Source: a phage
Length of the DNA: 64,000 nucleotides
Sequence record: NC_135731.1
Strand: one strand, 5' to 3'
Position numbers and translations under genes: made by a program
Notes under the pieces: generated by a model
Database searches by the model: none
The model's input: the letters and a program-made list of their open reading frames with translations, nothing else
Told to the model about the DNA's origin: nothing
Shown: positions 26,680-35,657 of the stretch, in pieces
Layout: each line of letters opens with the position of its first letter
Numbering within the stretch: position 1 is the stretch's first letter

Positions 26680-27729
26680 ATGAATTTAACACCTCGCAGC
26701 ACCATGGTACACGGCATGAAAGAAAAACAGAATGGTTTCGAACCTATGAGTAATAAAATGTTTGGTATGCCGGGTGGTATTATGGAAACATACAGCTACC
26801 CAACACCTGTTGTTGACCACGTTCTTTATATCGACGATTTGGAGGACCTGCAGGATCATATGTCTCGTCTGCAGACGATCCGTATGGCTCAGCCGGAAGA
26901 AAGCATTCGGGTGATCATCAATAGCCCTGGGGGTTGCGTGCACATTGCAATGGCTTATCTGCAGGCATTCCGAGAGTCTCAGGCAAGCGTTGTTGCACAT
27001 GCTGAAGGGATGTGCTGCTCTGCTGGAACAATCTTATGGCTTGGTTGTAAAGAACGTACTGTGGCTCCGGACACGGAGTTTATGTTCCACTACTATCAAG
27101 GTGGCACTTATGGTAACGGTGTGAACATGAATACTCAGGTCAGCTACTGGAAAAAACGTTTTGAACGCCTGATCGAAAAATACTACGGTGGGGTGCTGAC
27201 AGAAGATGAGATCGCATCCATCACAGCTGGTGGCGAAGTGTGGTTGGACGGAGAAGAGCTGGCAGCACGCACTGGAGCTATTATTCTGGATGAAGGCAAC
27301 ATACAACGCATCCAGAACGGACAAAAACCGAAAAAGCTTCTGGCAAAAGGTGATGAAGAAGGCGTGTTAGGTGAAGCAGGTCTTCCGGAGATTCATCAGT
27401 GCACATCTTTAGATGAGTTAGTTCATGCTGTTGAATCTGCAAAAGCGGGTGGTTCGAAAGGTGATGTTCACACTGTGTTCCTGAATCTGCAGATGGAAAG
27501 TGGCGAGACCGTCCGAATTGCCCTTGGTGAGATTACTTCAGAAGATCTGCAGAGATTCTCTGTCGTCGAACTTCAGGATATTCTGTCTCAATTGAAGACT
27601 ACTCTGAACGGCGGTGAAGAGGTTAAGGTGAAAGACAAGACCCGCAAGCGTCTGATGGACAATATCATTAAAACAGCAAAAGAGCTCAATGAAAAAATCC
27701 TGGGTGCAGGAATTGTCGAAGAAGCTTAA
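26680..27729 (+). CDS. ClpP-like serine protease with C-terminal extension
   Basis: ClpP motifs INSPGG, catalytic Ser in MCCSAGT, His in FMFHYYQGG; about 150 aa extra C-terminal region. Confidence 0.7.
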   Translation: MNLTPRSTMVHGMKEKQNGFEPMSNKMFGMPGGIMETYSYPTPVVDHVLYIDDLEDLQDHMSRLQTIRMAQPEESIRVIINSPGGCVHIAMAYLQAFRESQASVVAHAEGMCCSAGTILWLGCKERTVAPDTEFMFHYYQGGTYGNGVNMNTQVSYWKKRFERLIEKYYGGVLTEDEIASITAGGEVWLDGEELAARTGAIILDEGNIQRIQNGQKPKKLLAKGDEEGVLGEAGLPEIHQCTSLDELVHAVESAKAGGSKGDVHTVFLNLQMESGETVRIALGEITSEDLQRFSVVELQDILSQLKTTLNGGEEVKVKDKTRKRLMDNIIKTAKELNEKILGAGIVEEA

Positions 27730-27741
27730 ACATTAATTCTA

Positions 27742-27768
27742 AAGCCCTCTTCGGAGGGCTTTTATGAT
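27742..27768 (+). terminator. Rho-independent terminator
   Basis: AAGCCCTC-TTCG-GAGGGCTT followed by TTATGAT. Confidence 0.6.
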
Positions 27769-27780
27769 CTGGAGATTTGC

Positions 27781-28314
27781 ATGACTTGTGCTAGAAAACC
27801 TGATGAACAACGTAACGCCTACGATGAGTATGTGACACCGGAGTGGTGTGCAGAAGGGCTGTATGACCTTATTCCGTTCCCAGAAGACTGGACCTACTTA
27901 GAGCCTTGCAGGAATAGTGCCTCAGGTGTGTTCTACTCCCGTATGCCGTTAGGATCTGCATGGGGAGAAATACAAGAAGGTGTTGACTATCTGAATACAG
28001 AATACAACCATGTTGACTGTATTATCACCAACCCACCATACAGCCTGGCTCGTGAGTTTGTAGACAAGGCGTTGAAAGATGCTGACGTAGTTATTATGCT
28101 TTTGCGTCTTAATTTTCTGGAAAGCAAAGCCAGATTTGAATGGTGGCTTGATAATGCACCTACTACTGTGATCACAATATCTAAGCGTCCATCATTTCAA
28201 TCAAACGGCAGAACTGACGGGCAAGCATATGCATATTTTGTGTGGGATAAGAAAAACCGTTTAGACTTGCCGCCGTTTATGTGGTTGGCACCCCCAGAGG
28301 TAGACCTGAAATGA
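27781..28314 (+). CDS. DNA methyltransferase (NPPY motif, N6A/N4C class)
   Basis: DCIITNPPY catalytic motif. Confidence 0.6.
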   Translation: MTCARKPDEQRNAYDEYVTPEWCAEGLYDLIPFPEDWTYLEPCRNSASGVFYSRMPLGSAWGEIQEGVDYLNTEYNHVDCIITNPPYSLAREFVDKALKDADVVIMLLRLNFLESKARFEWWLDNAPTTVITISKRPSFQSNGRTDGQAYAYFVWDKKNRLDLPPFMWLAPPEVDLK

Positions 28315-28595
28315 AAATGAGTGCTAAGGACAAATTACACCAGCTAGCGCTAAAACGCCCTGTAACGCTCCCTGACGAGCTTAACTCCATTTATGATGCG
28401 ATTGTAGGGGAGATACAAAATAAAGCGTTAGCAGGCTTTCTGGGGTGCGGATTTTCGATAAATCTACCCTCGCATCTCTCAGATTACTTCCCGCACATTG
28501 TTGGAGATTTAAGGGCAGGAGGTCTGCAGGTAGATGTTGTTGGCATCTCCCCAGAGAAAAATAATACGGTTGCCTACTTGACAGTAACCTGGTAG
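28311..28595 (+). CDS. hypothetical protein (94 aa)
   Basis: ATG overlapping MTase stop (ATGA); internal start of ORF 28281. Confidence 0.45.
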   Translation: MKMSAKDKLHQLALKRPVTLPDELNSIYDAIVGEIQNKALAGFLGCGFSINLPSHLSDYFPHIVGDLRAGGLQVDVVGISPEKNNTVAYLTVTW

Positions 28596-28633
28596 TTGTG
28601 TATTGTTGTTTTCAACAAGAGGGGGGGTCATTT

Positions 28634-28873
28634 ATGTACAAGTCATTTTCAATCTACTCAAGACAGGCGAAACACTACACAGAGATCCTGATCACTCAGA
28701 AAAAATCTGTGGAAGGTGAGTGGGAATATCACCATAAAATGTTGCGTCCAGACTGGGTTTTTGATAGACTTATTGCTATGATCCCTCTCGGAGAAGTATA
28801 CCCTCTGACAGCCCATCGCGATGCTTGGGATTTAATTGATTACATAGATTCATTTAAGGAGCCTAGATTATGA
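28634..28873 (+). CDS. hypothetical protein (79 aa)
   Basis: Internal ATG preceded by GAGGGGGGG RBS. Confidence 0.45.
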   Translation: MYKSFSIYSRQAKHYTEILITQKKSVEGEWEYHHKMLRPDWVFDRLIAMIPLGEVYPLTAHRDAWDLIDYIDSFKEPRL

Positions 28874-29268
28874 AGATTGAGATTACTAAAGAAGGTAAGA
28901 AAGTGTCCGGCAACTATGCAACAGTAATTCGGGATTTAATGTTTGAAGCCACCAAGATCGGTACATCTAAAGTTGGTCAAACTGTTAGTGTGAAAAGTAA
29001 TATCTCCACAGGAGAGAAGGTATTCATTGTGGTCAAAGGGCAGGATCCCGTGGAAGGAACAGTGGGCCGAGGTGGCTACCTGTGCATTTCTGAAGAGCCG
29101 CGTATGTTAGTGGCTGACGCTACTATGGGTGGGAAACGTGTGTGCGAGGCGGATGAGGTAATGATTATCCAACCTGTTGATCCAGATGACCCAGCAACTT
29201 GGGTGGTAGGAAATGAAATCTTCTCTTTAGAAGAGTTATCCTTCCCAGCACCGCGCTCTGTTCAGTAA
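28870..29268 (+). CDS. small acidic protein, MKIEI/MKVK paralog family
   Basis: Starts MKIEIT like other array members; ATGA overlap. Confidence 0.5.
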   Translation: MKIEITKEGKKVSGNYATVIRDLMFEATKIGTSKVGQTVSVKSNISTGEKVFIVVKGQDPVEGTVGRGGYLCISEEPRMLVADATMGGKRVCEADEVMIIQPVDPDDPATWVVGNEIFSLEELSFPAPRSVQ

Positions 29269-29305
29269 TAATTTATCTTACCAGGGACGGTAGGTAGGAG
29301 GTAGC

Positions 29306-29539
29306 ATGAAAGTTAAATTTCTTACAGATTTAGGGTACCCTTCCTTAGTTGACTGCGTTGGTAAAATTGTGGAAGCAAAACGACTATCTGCAAACGATAA
29401 TGTTGTCATGGTTAAGGGAAAAGATTTACTATCTGCAGGTGCAGAGTCTGGCAGGATCTCTCCTGATTATATGTATTACCTATCTTTAAGTAATCTGCCA
29501 GAGCGAGGCGGTAAAGGCCTTGAAGTTGTGGAGGAGTGA
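29306..29539 (+). CDS. small acidic protein, MKVK paralog family
   Basis: MKVKFL...VKGKDLLSAGA...EVVEE shared with paralogs at 32966, 33183, 35057, 35325. Confidence 0.55.
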   Translation: MKVKFLTDLGYPSLVDCVGKIVEAKRLSANDNVVMVKGKDLLSAGAESGRISPDYMYYLSLSNLPERGGKGLEVVEE

Positions 29540-29544
29540 CAGGT

Positions 29545-30069
29545 ATGCTTCTGATTAACTGGGAAGACCTCTATGGGGACAAAGACCCTGTTGTGTTTGT
29601 TGATCGTAGGTGGAGATACACTGAAGAACAACTGGCGGCAAAAAATTTAACTGCAAAACGCAGAAAGATCATCCAGTGCAAATACAAATACGCACAGTTT
29701 GCTGCAAAAGTGTCTCCACAAATCGAGAGCTTTGTGCTTAAATTGTATGACGAATACCTCGAATTCAAATTGGATTTTGTACAGGTATACCGTGCACAGA
29801 TACGCCCAGATACCAACATATGTAGATGGAAGGTTGTTTGTGACGGTAAAGATTTGCCGCTCAGCTTGACAATTGAGCGGCGTTATGGATATCATGAGTG
29901 TGGTCTGTATGATATTTGGGATGTCATTGTAGATCCTGCTAAGTACCTGAACACAGAGGAGCTGGAATATATCAATAAGGTTATTCTAGATATGTTTTTC
30001 AACTACACCCGTGAAAACTCCGAGAAAGAACGAGATAATTTTCTTGACACCATCAGCAACCGTCTGTAG
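29545..30069 (+). CDS. hypothetical protein (174 aa)
   Basis: ATG after GGAGGA RBS. Confidence 0.5.
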   Translation: MLLINWEDLYGDKDPVVFVDRRWRYTEEQLAAKNLTAKRRKIIQCKYKYAQFAAKVSPQIESFVLKLYDEYLEFKLDFVQVYRAQIRPDTNICRWKVVCDGKDLPLSLTIERRYGYHECGLYDIWDVIVDPAKYLNTEELEYINKVILDMFFNYTRENSEKERDNFLDTISNRL

Positions 30070-30099
30070 TATATAATCTAACCTACAAAGGGAGGACTA

Positions 30100-30336
30100 A
30101 TGAGTATAAATGTTGTGCTAATAGGTTACCTGGTAATAGCCGTTATAACGGCGGTATTCTTGACAGGTGTATGCATCGTGTTCACACGAAGGGTGAAGTT
30201 TGATGATTTTATCATTATCATCACTGCTGCACCTTTTTGGCCTGTTGTTATCCCCATCGTGATAATGTGCCTGGTGGATTACTACAAGAATATCCGTAAG
30301 GAGAAAAAGGAGAGTAGGGATGGAGACCGCACCTAA
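30100..30336 (+). CDS. small membrane protein (78 aa)
   Basis: Two hydrophobic segments; GGAGG RBS. Confidence 0.5.
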   Translation: MSINVVLIGYLVIAVITAVFLTGVCIVFTRRVKFDDFIIIITAAPFWPVVIPIVIMCLVDYYKNIRKEKKESRDGDRT

Positions 30337-30555
30337 AACTGTTTATACTGTTCTTAAAGAGATTGCGTTCTACGCAGATCTTAGCCAGGCACCTTTATGG
30401 GAAAAGAGCATGTATTTAAAATGGTGCGTTAATTTAGGGAGACCTTCCAGTGTTTCAAGCCATGTTTATTGAGATGCTATCTGGGGTATTGTTACTGGTA
30501 GCCATCTTAGGTGGTGCAGTTCTGATGTATAACTATCTTGAAAAAGGAGACAGCA

Positions 30556-30741
30556 ATGGCAAAAAATAAATCTTTAGAGCAGGCTGAAAACCTTCTCCAC
30601 GAGCTGGTAAAGGAGTGGAAAGTTGAATACTCAGATTTTAATGCACGGGAGGGTGAAGATTATTGGCCTACGGAGCGATCAGAGGGCGAATGGTATCAAG
30701 ATTTTATAGAGTGGCTATATCAGACGTGTGATGAGGGGTGA
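30556..30741 (+). CDS. hypothetical acidic protein (61 aa)
   Basis: ATG after AGGAGA RBS. Confidence 0.4.
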   Translation: MAKNKSLEQAENLLHELVKEWKVEYSDFNAREGEDYWPTERSEGEWYQDFIEWLYQTCDEG

Positions 30742-31199
30742 CGATGTTTGTTAAATATGTAAAAACGTGCCTCAACAATCTTGGTAGAGAGCATTGGTAC
30801 ACCTTGCTTGAAAAAGGAGAAATTCTAACAAAATCCGGAAAGATAACTTTGATACCTTTGGACGATAAAGACCCGTCACTCCTTGTCATAGATGATTACG
30901 TTACAGGTGTGTCGTACGAGGTCTCTGTGGAGAGGTTAATACGCAGATCTGGAGGTCCTTATGACCGAAGAGAGTATGTTTTCGATTCTGTTACAGAGAA
31001 GGAAGATCCGTCTCTAATGTTCAGGATGGTAATCAGAGATATGAGGTCATCTATAGACAGGATCGTAAAGGACATTAAGGAGCCTTTTAGGGTAAAAGTT
31101 AAGAAGTTTTTTGATTCTAAGATTAACATACTTGCCGTTGTGCTAGGCGTAATTCAACTTCTGTTAATTTTGCACTATCTTGAACTGTTGTTTAAGTAG
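30738..31199 (+). CDS. hypothetical protein with C-terminal transmembrane anchor
   Basis: C-terminal hydrophobic LAVVLGVIQLLLILHYL. Confidence 0.45.
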   Translation: MTMFVKYVKTCLNNLGREHWYTLLEKGEILTKSGKITLIPLDDKDPSLLVIDDYVTGVSYEVSVERLIRRSGGPYDRREYVFDSVTEKEDPSLMFRMVIRDMRSSIDRIVKDIKEPFRVKVKKFFDSKINILAVVLGVIQLLLILHYLELLFK

Positions 31200-31259
31200 T
31201 GTGCAATAAGGCACAAAGGATGTGCCATAACTAAATAAACTAAGAAAGAGGTAGAGAGA

Positions 31260-31607
31260 ATGCCAAAGATTAAATCGATATTAATGTGGGTAGCTGTTGT
31301 AGCTTTTGTAGGATACTGGACTTGGGAAACTGAATTAAAAGATATTGGATATACCAGTCTTGAGAACAAGGCGTGCATTGGCATAACCGATGCATTCAGG
31401 CAAAATGCTATGGATCACGAATGTGTCGATGCAGACATAGATGAGAAACTGTCTAAGGACAAAGACTTCTACCACGGGTATGCTTTGCTTGATAGTGGGG
31501 ACACTGTAGAGTTCTGGTCGTGGTTCCGTAAAGATGGAACAATAAAAACAGCAGTAAAGATCTCTAACAAAGAGTTAATGCTGTTGCAGCAGAAGGAGGC
31601 TCAATGA
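31260..31607 (+). CDS. hypothetical protein with N-terminal transmembrane segment
   Basis: N-terminal ILMWVAVVAFVGYW; GAGG RBS. Confidence 0.45.
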   Translation: MPKIKSILMWVAVVAFVGYWTWETELKDIGYTSLENKACIGITDAFRQNAMDHECVDADIDEKLSKDKDFYHGYALLDSGDTVEFWSWFRKDGTIKTAVKISNKELMLLQQKEAQ

Positions 31608-31891
31608 TCTGGATATCCTATGCTGATGGCACCATGCTGTATACTGCAGGTACCAGATATGAAGTTCAGGAGAACGATAAAAAATTTATCGTAAGAACAT
31701 TTGACAAGGACGACAACCTTTTGCTAGAATTAACTTACAAGGTTGGGGATGTATCTAGCATCCAATTGGATTGTGGTCATAAAGATAACCCCCTCAAAAA
31801 ACCTGGAATAGGCAAGGCTTCAGAAGAACGTTTGTCTCGTATTGCAGAAAGCGTTTCTAACCAAAAACCCAAAAAGAGGACCAGAAAATGA
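31604..31891 (+). CDS. hypothetical protein (95 aa)
   Basis: ATGA-coupled ORF. Confidence 0.45.
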   Translation: MIWISYADGTMLYTAGTRYEVQENDKKFIVRTFDKDDNLLLELTYKVGDVSSIQLDCGHKDNPLKKPGIGKASEERLSRIAESVSNQKPKKRTRK

Positions 31892-32088
31892 GTGACAAAA
31901 TTCTTAAATTTAATACCTACTACGAGAATGATTTGAACGATCTGTATTATATAGTGCGTAGCGAAAACCCGAATGTAGTGCTGTTTTGCAGAGAACCTTT
32001 CAAAAGAGAGGAGATTGAATCTACCATGGATGTGGATCAGATTTCACACCTGCTGCTCCTTGGATCATTAAAAGAGGCAGTATTCTAA
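31888..32088 (+). CDS. hypothetical protein (66 aa)
   Basis: ATGA-coupled ORF. Confidence 0.4.
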   Translation: MSDKILKFNTYYENDLNDLYYIVRSENPNVVLFCREPFKREEIESTMDVDQISHLLLLGSLKEAVF

Positions 32089-32107
32089 ACCAGGGTGGAG
32101 GGTTTTT

Positions 32108-32293
32108 ATGAAGCACTATTGTCTATCTGGTAGAATGGGTGCAGATTGTGATTGGGTTTTCTTAAAACTTGTCAGCATTCGAGAGTTCATCCCGGAGGAA
32201 GAGCAAGAAAGCGAGCTGATGTCATGGATCAACCATTACGGTAACACTTTTCGGCATGTTAAGGTGGAAGAGTTGCCAAGCGAGGCTGATTGA
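32108..32293 (+). CDS. hypothetical protein (61 aa)
   Basis: ORF with GGAGGG RBS. Confidence 0.4.
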   Translation: MKHYCLSGRMGADCDWVFLKLVSIREFIPEEEQESELMSWINHYGNTFRHVKVEELPSEAD

Positions 32294-32388
32294 CTATGAT
32301 TGCATCAATATTAACGTTTATGGGCGGCGTGGCATTCGGATTCATTGTTTGCCTGTTTATAGTGATTATGTCTATGCGAGGCTGAATT

Positions 32389-32685
32389 ATGAAACTTTTT
32401 GAGTGGTTTAAAAAGTTTAAATATAAAGCTGTAGCCATCGTGCCATGGTCCATTCAATGGGTGGACGATGAGGGATTACCAATTCCAGGTGATAAAGACA
32501 CGGGATACTGGATCATGCTTGAAAACGGGTTTGGAAAGCGAAAATATACGTGCACAAACTCTACTCGATCTGCACTTAATAGAGTGCCTGGTTACAAACT
32601 TATGGTTGTGTGGAAAATGTCAGGCGTGCCTCCAGCTAACGCTCAATTTCTTACTGACAATCCAACCACGGTGGAGGGAGATTGA
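32389..32685 (+). CDS. hypothetical protein (98 aa)
   Basis: ORF with RBS. Confidence 0.45.
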   Translation: MKLFEWFKKFKYKAVAIVPWSIQWVDDEGLPIPGDKDTGYWIMLENGFGKRKYTCTNSTRSALNRVPGYKLMVVWKMSGVPPANAQFLTDNPTTVEGD

Positions 32686-32969
32686 CAATGAAAAAGATTA
32701 ACAGTGGTGAAGTTGAGTTTAAACTTGTCGGGAAAGGCACTTACTGGGAAGTTCGTCAAAAGGTATATTTGTTCGGTCTTATTCCCTATTGGTCTAAATT
32801 CTACTGGGGAGCTAACGAGTGGGGAAGATACGCCACCAAATCAATGGCACTTATTGGTATAGCAGAGTACATTGCAGCCAGAGATAGGGTTGGAGACACT
32901 TATTACTATACTGCGGACGATATTCGTAACAGTGTTTACGTCCCACAACCACCTGATGGAGACCGTTGA
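32682..32969 (+). CDS. hypothetical protein (95 aa)
   Basis: ATGA-coupled ORF. Confidence 0.45.
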   Translation: MTMKKINSGEVEFKLVGKGTYWEVRQKVYLFGLIPYWSKFYWGANEWGRYATKSMALIGIAEYIAARDRVGDTYYYTADDIRNSVYVPQPPDGDR

Positions 32970-33193
32970 TGAAAGTTAAAGTTTTAGATTCAAGCTTCTA
33001 TATTGGTCAGGAGCCTTTAGTAGGAAAAGTGTTTACTGCTATCCCTAACGAAGATTACCCTGACCTTTTAAAAATAAAAGGAGCAGATCTTATTGCCGCT
33101 GGTGCATCTCAGGACTGCTTTGACAGTCAGTGGACCTACAACTTTGCCCTAGGCGAGGATGTAGAGGTAGTGGAGGACGATCATGAAGGTTAA
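32966..33193 (+). CDS. small acidic protein, MKVK paralog family
   Basis: MKVKVLDS...KIKGADLIAAGA...EVVEDD. Confidence 0.55.
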   Translation: MMKVKVLDSSFYIGQEPLVGKVFTAIPNEDYPDLLKIKGADLIAAGASQDCFDSQWTYNFALGEDVEVVEDDHEG

Positions 33194-33437
33194 AATTCTT
33201 GATTCTAACGTCTACTTGGGACAATCCTTCCTGAAGGGAAAGGTCGTTCCTGCGGTATACTTTGAAGGGTTGCCGTGGGATGATCCTGTGCGGCAACATC
33301 ACAGTTATGTAGGCCACAACGTGGTGTTTATCTTGGGATCAGACCTGATCACCGTTGGTGCACCTGAATATTATTTCGGGGAAGAGTCCTATTATGCCTT
33401 TGGGGTAGGGTCAGATGCGGATATTGTAGAGCTGTGA
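33183..33437 (+). CDS. small acidic protein, MKVK paralog family
   Basis: MKVKILDS...LGSDLITVGA...IVEL. Confidence 0.55.
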   Translation: MKVKILDSNVYLGQSFLKGKVVPAVYFEGLPWDDPVRQHHSYVGHNVVFILGSDLITVGAPEYYFGEESYYAFGVGSDADIVEL

Positions 33438-33449
33438 TGGGTAACTGTT

Positions 33450-33848
33450 GTGAAAAATAAACTGTTTAAAGTTACAATGAAAATTCGCGGAGCTTGGAGC
33501 GTAAAGCAAGGGCGTATTCCGGAATTTGAGAAAGACTTCTACGTAGTCTCCACCTCGGAGGAGGCTGCATGCTGGCAGGCTGGCTATGCCTATGCAAGAA
33601 CCTGGTACGAAGGATACCAGACTGGGGGCTATGACGGAGAAATTATCAGCAAGGGTGTAGAAGAAATTAATGTGTTGACAAGTGAAAAAGTTTTTGTTAT
33701 AGTGCATCCAGATTCCAGAGTGAAGCATTACTGGAATGCCAGAACAAAAACTTGGACACCGTTTGCAGATTCTGCTACACCACTTTTAAACCAAAAAGCT
33801 CTTGACTCTGCCCCAAGCTATGGGGTTGTTGAAGAAAAGCTAAACTGA
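33450..33848 (+). CDS. hypothetical protein, paralog of 35657-36052
   Basis: Shares HYWNARTKTWTP / YYWDVLNNEWTP region with paralog; GTG start supported by paralog alignment. Confidence 0.5.
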   Translation: MKNKLFKVTMKIRGAWSVKQGRIPEFEKDFYVVSTSEEAACWQAGYAYARTWYEGYQTGGYDGEIISKGVEEINVLTSEKVFVIVHPDSRVKHYWNARTKTWTPFADSATPLLNQKALDSAPSYGVVEEKLN

Positions 33849-33865
33849 AACAGTGAGGTGTCACT

Positions 33866-34156
33866 ATGATGGATTTAGTTCTGAATATTGATAACGCAGG
33901 AGAGGTTAAAGACGATGGTGTAACAAGCATGGACCAACCATGCCCTGCCAAGATTGACTCAAAATGGACATATAAGTTTGACGGAGAGATCTTTGCAAAT
34001 GATGAAAAGGTTGTAGATGCTGCAGCCATTTTGAACGCTCTAGGGTACGACCCTGTGAATTCTTTGATCAAGGATCCTGTTGAGTTTGCAGAGTATGTTC
34101 GAAAAATGGCAGATCTTGCTGTAGATATTTTAAGAACTATCGACAACAAGCTGTAA
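33866..34156 (+). CDS. hypothetical acidic protein (96 aa)
   Basis: ORF with GAGGTG RBS. Confidence 0.45.
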   Translation: MMDLVLNIDNAGEVKDDGVTSMDQPCPAKIDSKWTYKFDGEIFANDEKVVDAAAILNALGYDPVNSLIKDPVEFAEYVRKMADLAVDILRTIDNKL

Positions 34157-34161
34157 AACTG

Positions 34162-34190
34162 TTGACACAACGCTTCAGATTTAGTATCAT
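34162..34190 (+). promoter_or_regulatory. sigma70-type promoter
   Basis: TTGACA-17 nt-TATCAT, followed by hairpin AAGAGGG...CCCTCTT. Confidence 0.5.
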
Positions 34191-34237
34191 TGTTTTCAAA
34201 GAGGGTTTGGTTCCCTCTTCTTTAAAAGGAACACGTT

Positions 34238-34555
34238 ATGCAAATTGAAATCACTGGCAACGTAGAAATCACTGAAGGTATGGTGTCTTTCATTTCCCAC
34301 AAAATGTCTAAGCTGGAGCGTTTGCACCCATCTGCCAACTATGCACGTGTGAGTGTAAAAGTTGAAAATGATCACCAGGAAGTTATGGCGTTCATTTTTG
34401 ACAATTCTGGAAAAGAAGTTATTGCCAAGGCTAAAGGCAGTGATGCTTACGAGGCAACTGACCGTATGGTAGATGTTGCAGCACGTCAGCTGGCTAAATG
34501 CGGTGGAAAGAAAGGTAAGGGGAAAGGCAAAGTAAAGATTGACTTTGGAGAATGA
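34238..34555 (+). CDS. Ribosome hibernation promoting factor homolog (HPF/RaiA/YfiA family)
   Basis: MQIEITGNVEITEGM...KLERL...VKVEN...AKGSDAYEATDRMVDVAARQLAK aligns with E. coli HPF MQLNITGNNVEITEAL...KLEQY...LKVEK...AEGQDMYAAIDGLIDKLARQLTK; lysine-rich tail. Confidence 0.7.
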   Translation: MQIEITGNVEITEGMVSFISHKMSKLERLHPSANYARVSVKVENDHQEVMAFIFDNSGKEVIAKAKGSDAYEATDRMVDVAARQLAKCGGKKGKGKGKVKIDFGE

Positions 34556-34692
34556 GGTGCTACAATGGGTGTGATTAAGAAATTAGTCCCAAATGTAGAG
34601 ATTGCATGCTTTGAAATTATGTTTGCAATCGCAGTTGTAGTTAATGTGTTAGGTTACGGCTATTAATATCAAATAATTGAGGAGACCTCTAA

Positions 34693-34962
34693 ATGAAAAT
34701 TAAATTATTCAAAACCGAGCTGGCAGACAAAAACTGTGGACTGGTTGAAGGCATGATCGTTGAAGCACAACCAGTAGACTACATGAAGGTAGTTCGTGAT
34801 GCCTTGGGTGAAGGTTTTGATCTGATGGAACCAGCTCTGCGAGAAGATGTTATCGAGATGGCTAAAAAGCACACACCTGAAGGCATGGTGGTGTTTGTTG
34901 CACCGGGTAACGGAGAAGAGTTGATTGTAACCCCTGATGTGTATAAGATTGTAGAAGAGTAA
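34693..34962 (+). CDS. small acidic protein, MKIK paralog family
   Basis: MKIKLFK start, ends KIVEE; GAGGAG RBS. Confidence 0.5.
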   Translation: MKIKLFKTELADKNCGLVEGMIVEAQPVDYMKVVRDALGEGFDLMEPALREDVIEMAKKHTPEGMVVFVAPGNGEELIVTPDVYKIVEE

Positions 34963-35056
34963 TCCTGCTTGGATTAGCATGCTTCCTCAATAAAAAGAGA
35001 AGTTTGTAATTATTTGTGGGAAAGGAATCCCAATCTCTTACCAGAGGTGATACTAT

Positions 35057-35320
35057 ATGATTGTTTATTTTAAAACTTCAGGTGGATACCCTGATTCTCA
35101 AAGCTTGATTGGAAAAACGTGCACAGCATACTCGCCTCTAGATGATGAGGTAAGTGATACCCTACGAAATATGTACCGGATTGATCCACAAGAAGCTTTT
35201 GATCAAAACCTTGTATTTGTTAAAGGCTCAGACATGAAGGCTTTGGGGGCATTTCCTGAAGCAGATGATGATGCTGTTTATTCGTTTATGACTCCTTTTG
35301 AAGCTATGGTTGTTGGGTGA
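35057..35320 (+). CDS. small acidic protein, MKVK paralog family
   Basis: GYPDSQSLIGK...VKGSDMKALGA motif shared with paralogs. Confidence 0.5.
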   Translation: MIVYFKTSGGYPDSQSLIGKTCTAYSPLDDEVSDTLRNMYRIDPQEAFDQNLVFVKGSDMKALGAFPEADDDAVYSFMTPFEAMVVG

Positions 35321-35324
35321 TAAT

Positions 35325-35657
35325 ATGAAAGTACGCTTTATTGGTGAAACAATTCCTGTGCATCTTCGGTCGCCTGAGGATTCTGCAGATCTTGCATCTC
35401 AAAAGGCCAGAGGGTATGATAAGAAAGTAACCTCAACCGATGTAGTGCTTGAGGCTACTAGTCTGCCCGACCCTGCTGCATTCTTTAATCATTATGGATA
35501 CTATTTCAGCAATCTGATGAATATCGGTGAGCTTGTGTTTATTAGCGGTGGAGAAATTGTTAGCAAGCTTGGCGGCGATCCGGATGTCTTTCATGAAACC
35601 TGTCCTTTTGCATTTGTGGTTGGTTCAGATGTGGAAGTTATTGAGGAGGTGCGGTAA
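35325..35657 (+). CDS. small acidic protein, MKVK paralog family
   Basis: Internal ATG (MKVRFIGE) of ORF 35298; ends EVIEEVR. Confidence 0.5.
   Translation: MKVRFIGETIPVHLRSPEDSADLASQKARGYDKKVTSTDVVLEATSLPDPAAFFNHYGYYFSNLMNIGELVFISGGEIVSKLGGDPDVFHETCPFAFVVGSDVEVIEEVR

Noticed and set aside
32468-32701. ORF 32468-32701 (+) and other alternative-frame overlaps (47558-47797, 7608-7862)
   Set aside because: Overlap better-supported same-strand or opposite-strand genes in another frame and lack RBS.
34199-34222. Hairpin AAGAGGG-TTTGGTT-CCCTCTT as a terminator
   Set aside because: It sits downstream of a consensus promoter and just upstream of the HPF homolog start, so it may be a 5' UTR structure or attenuator; not called as a terminator.
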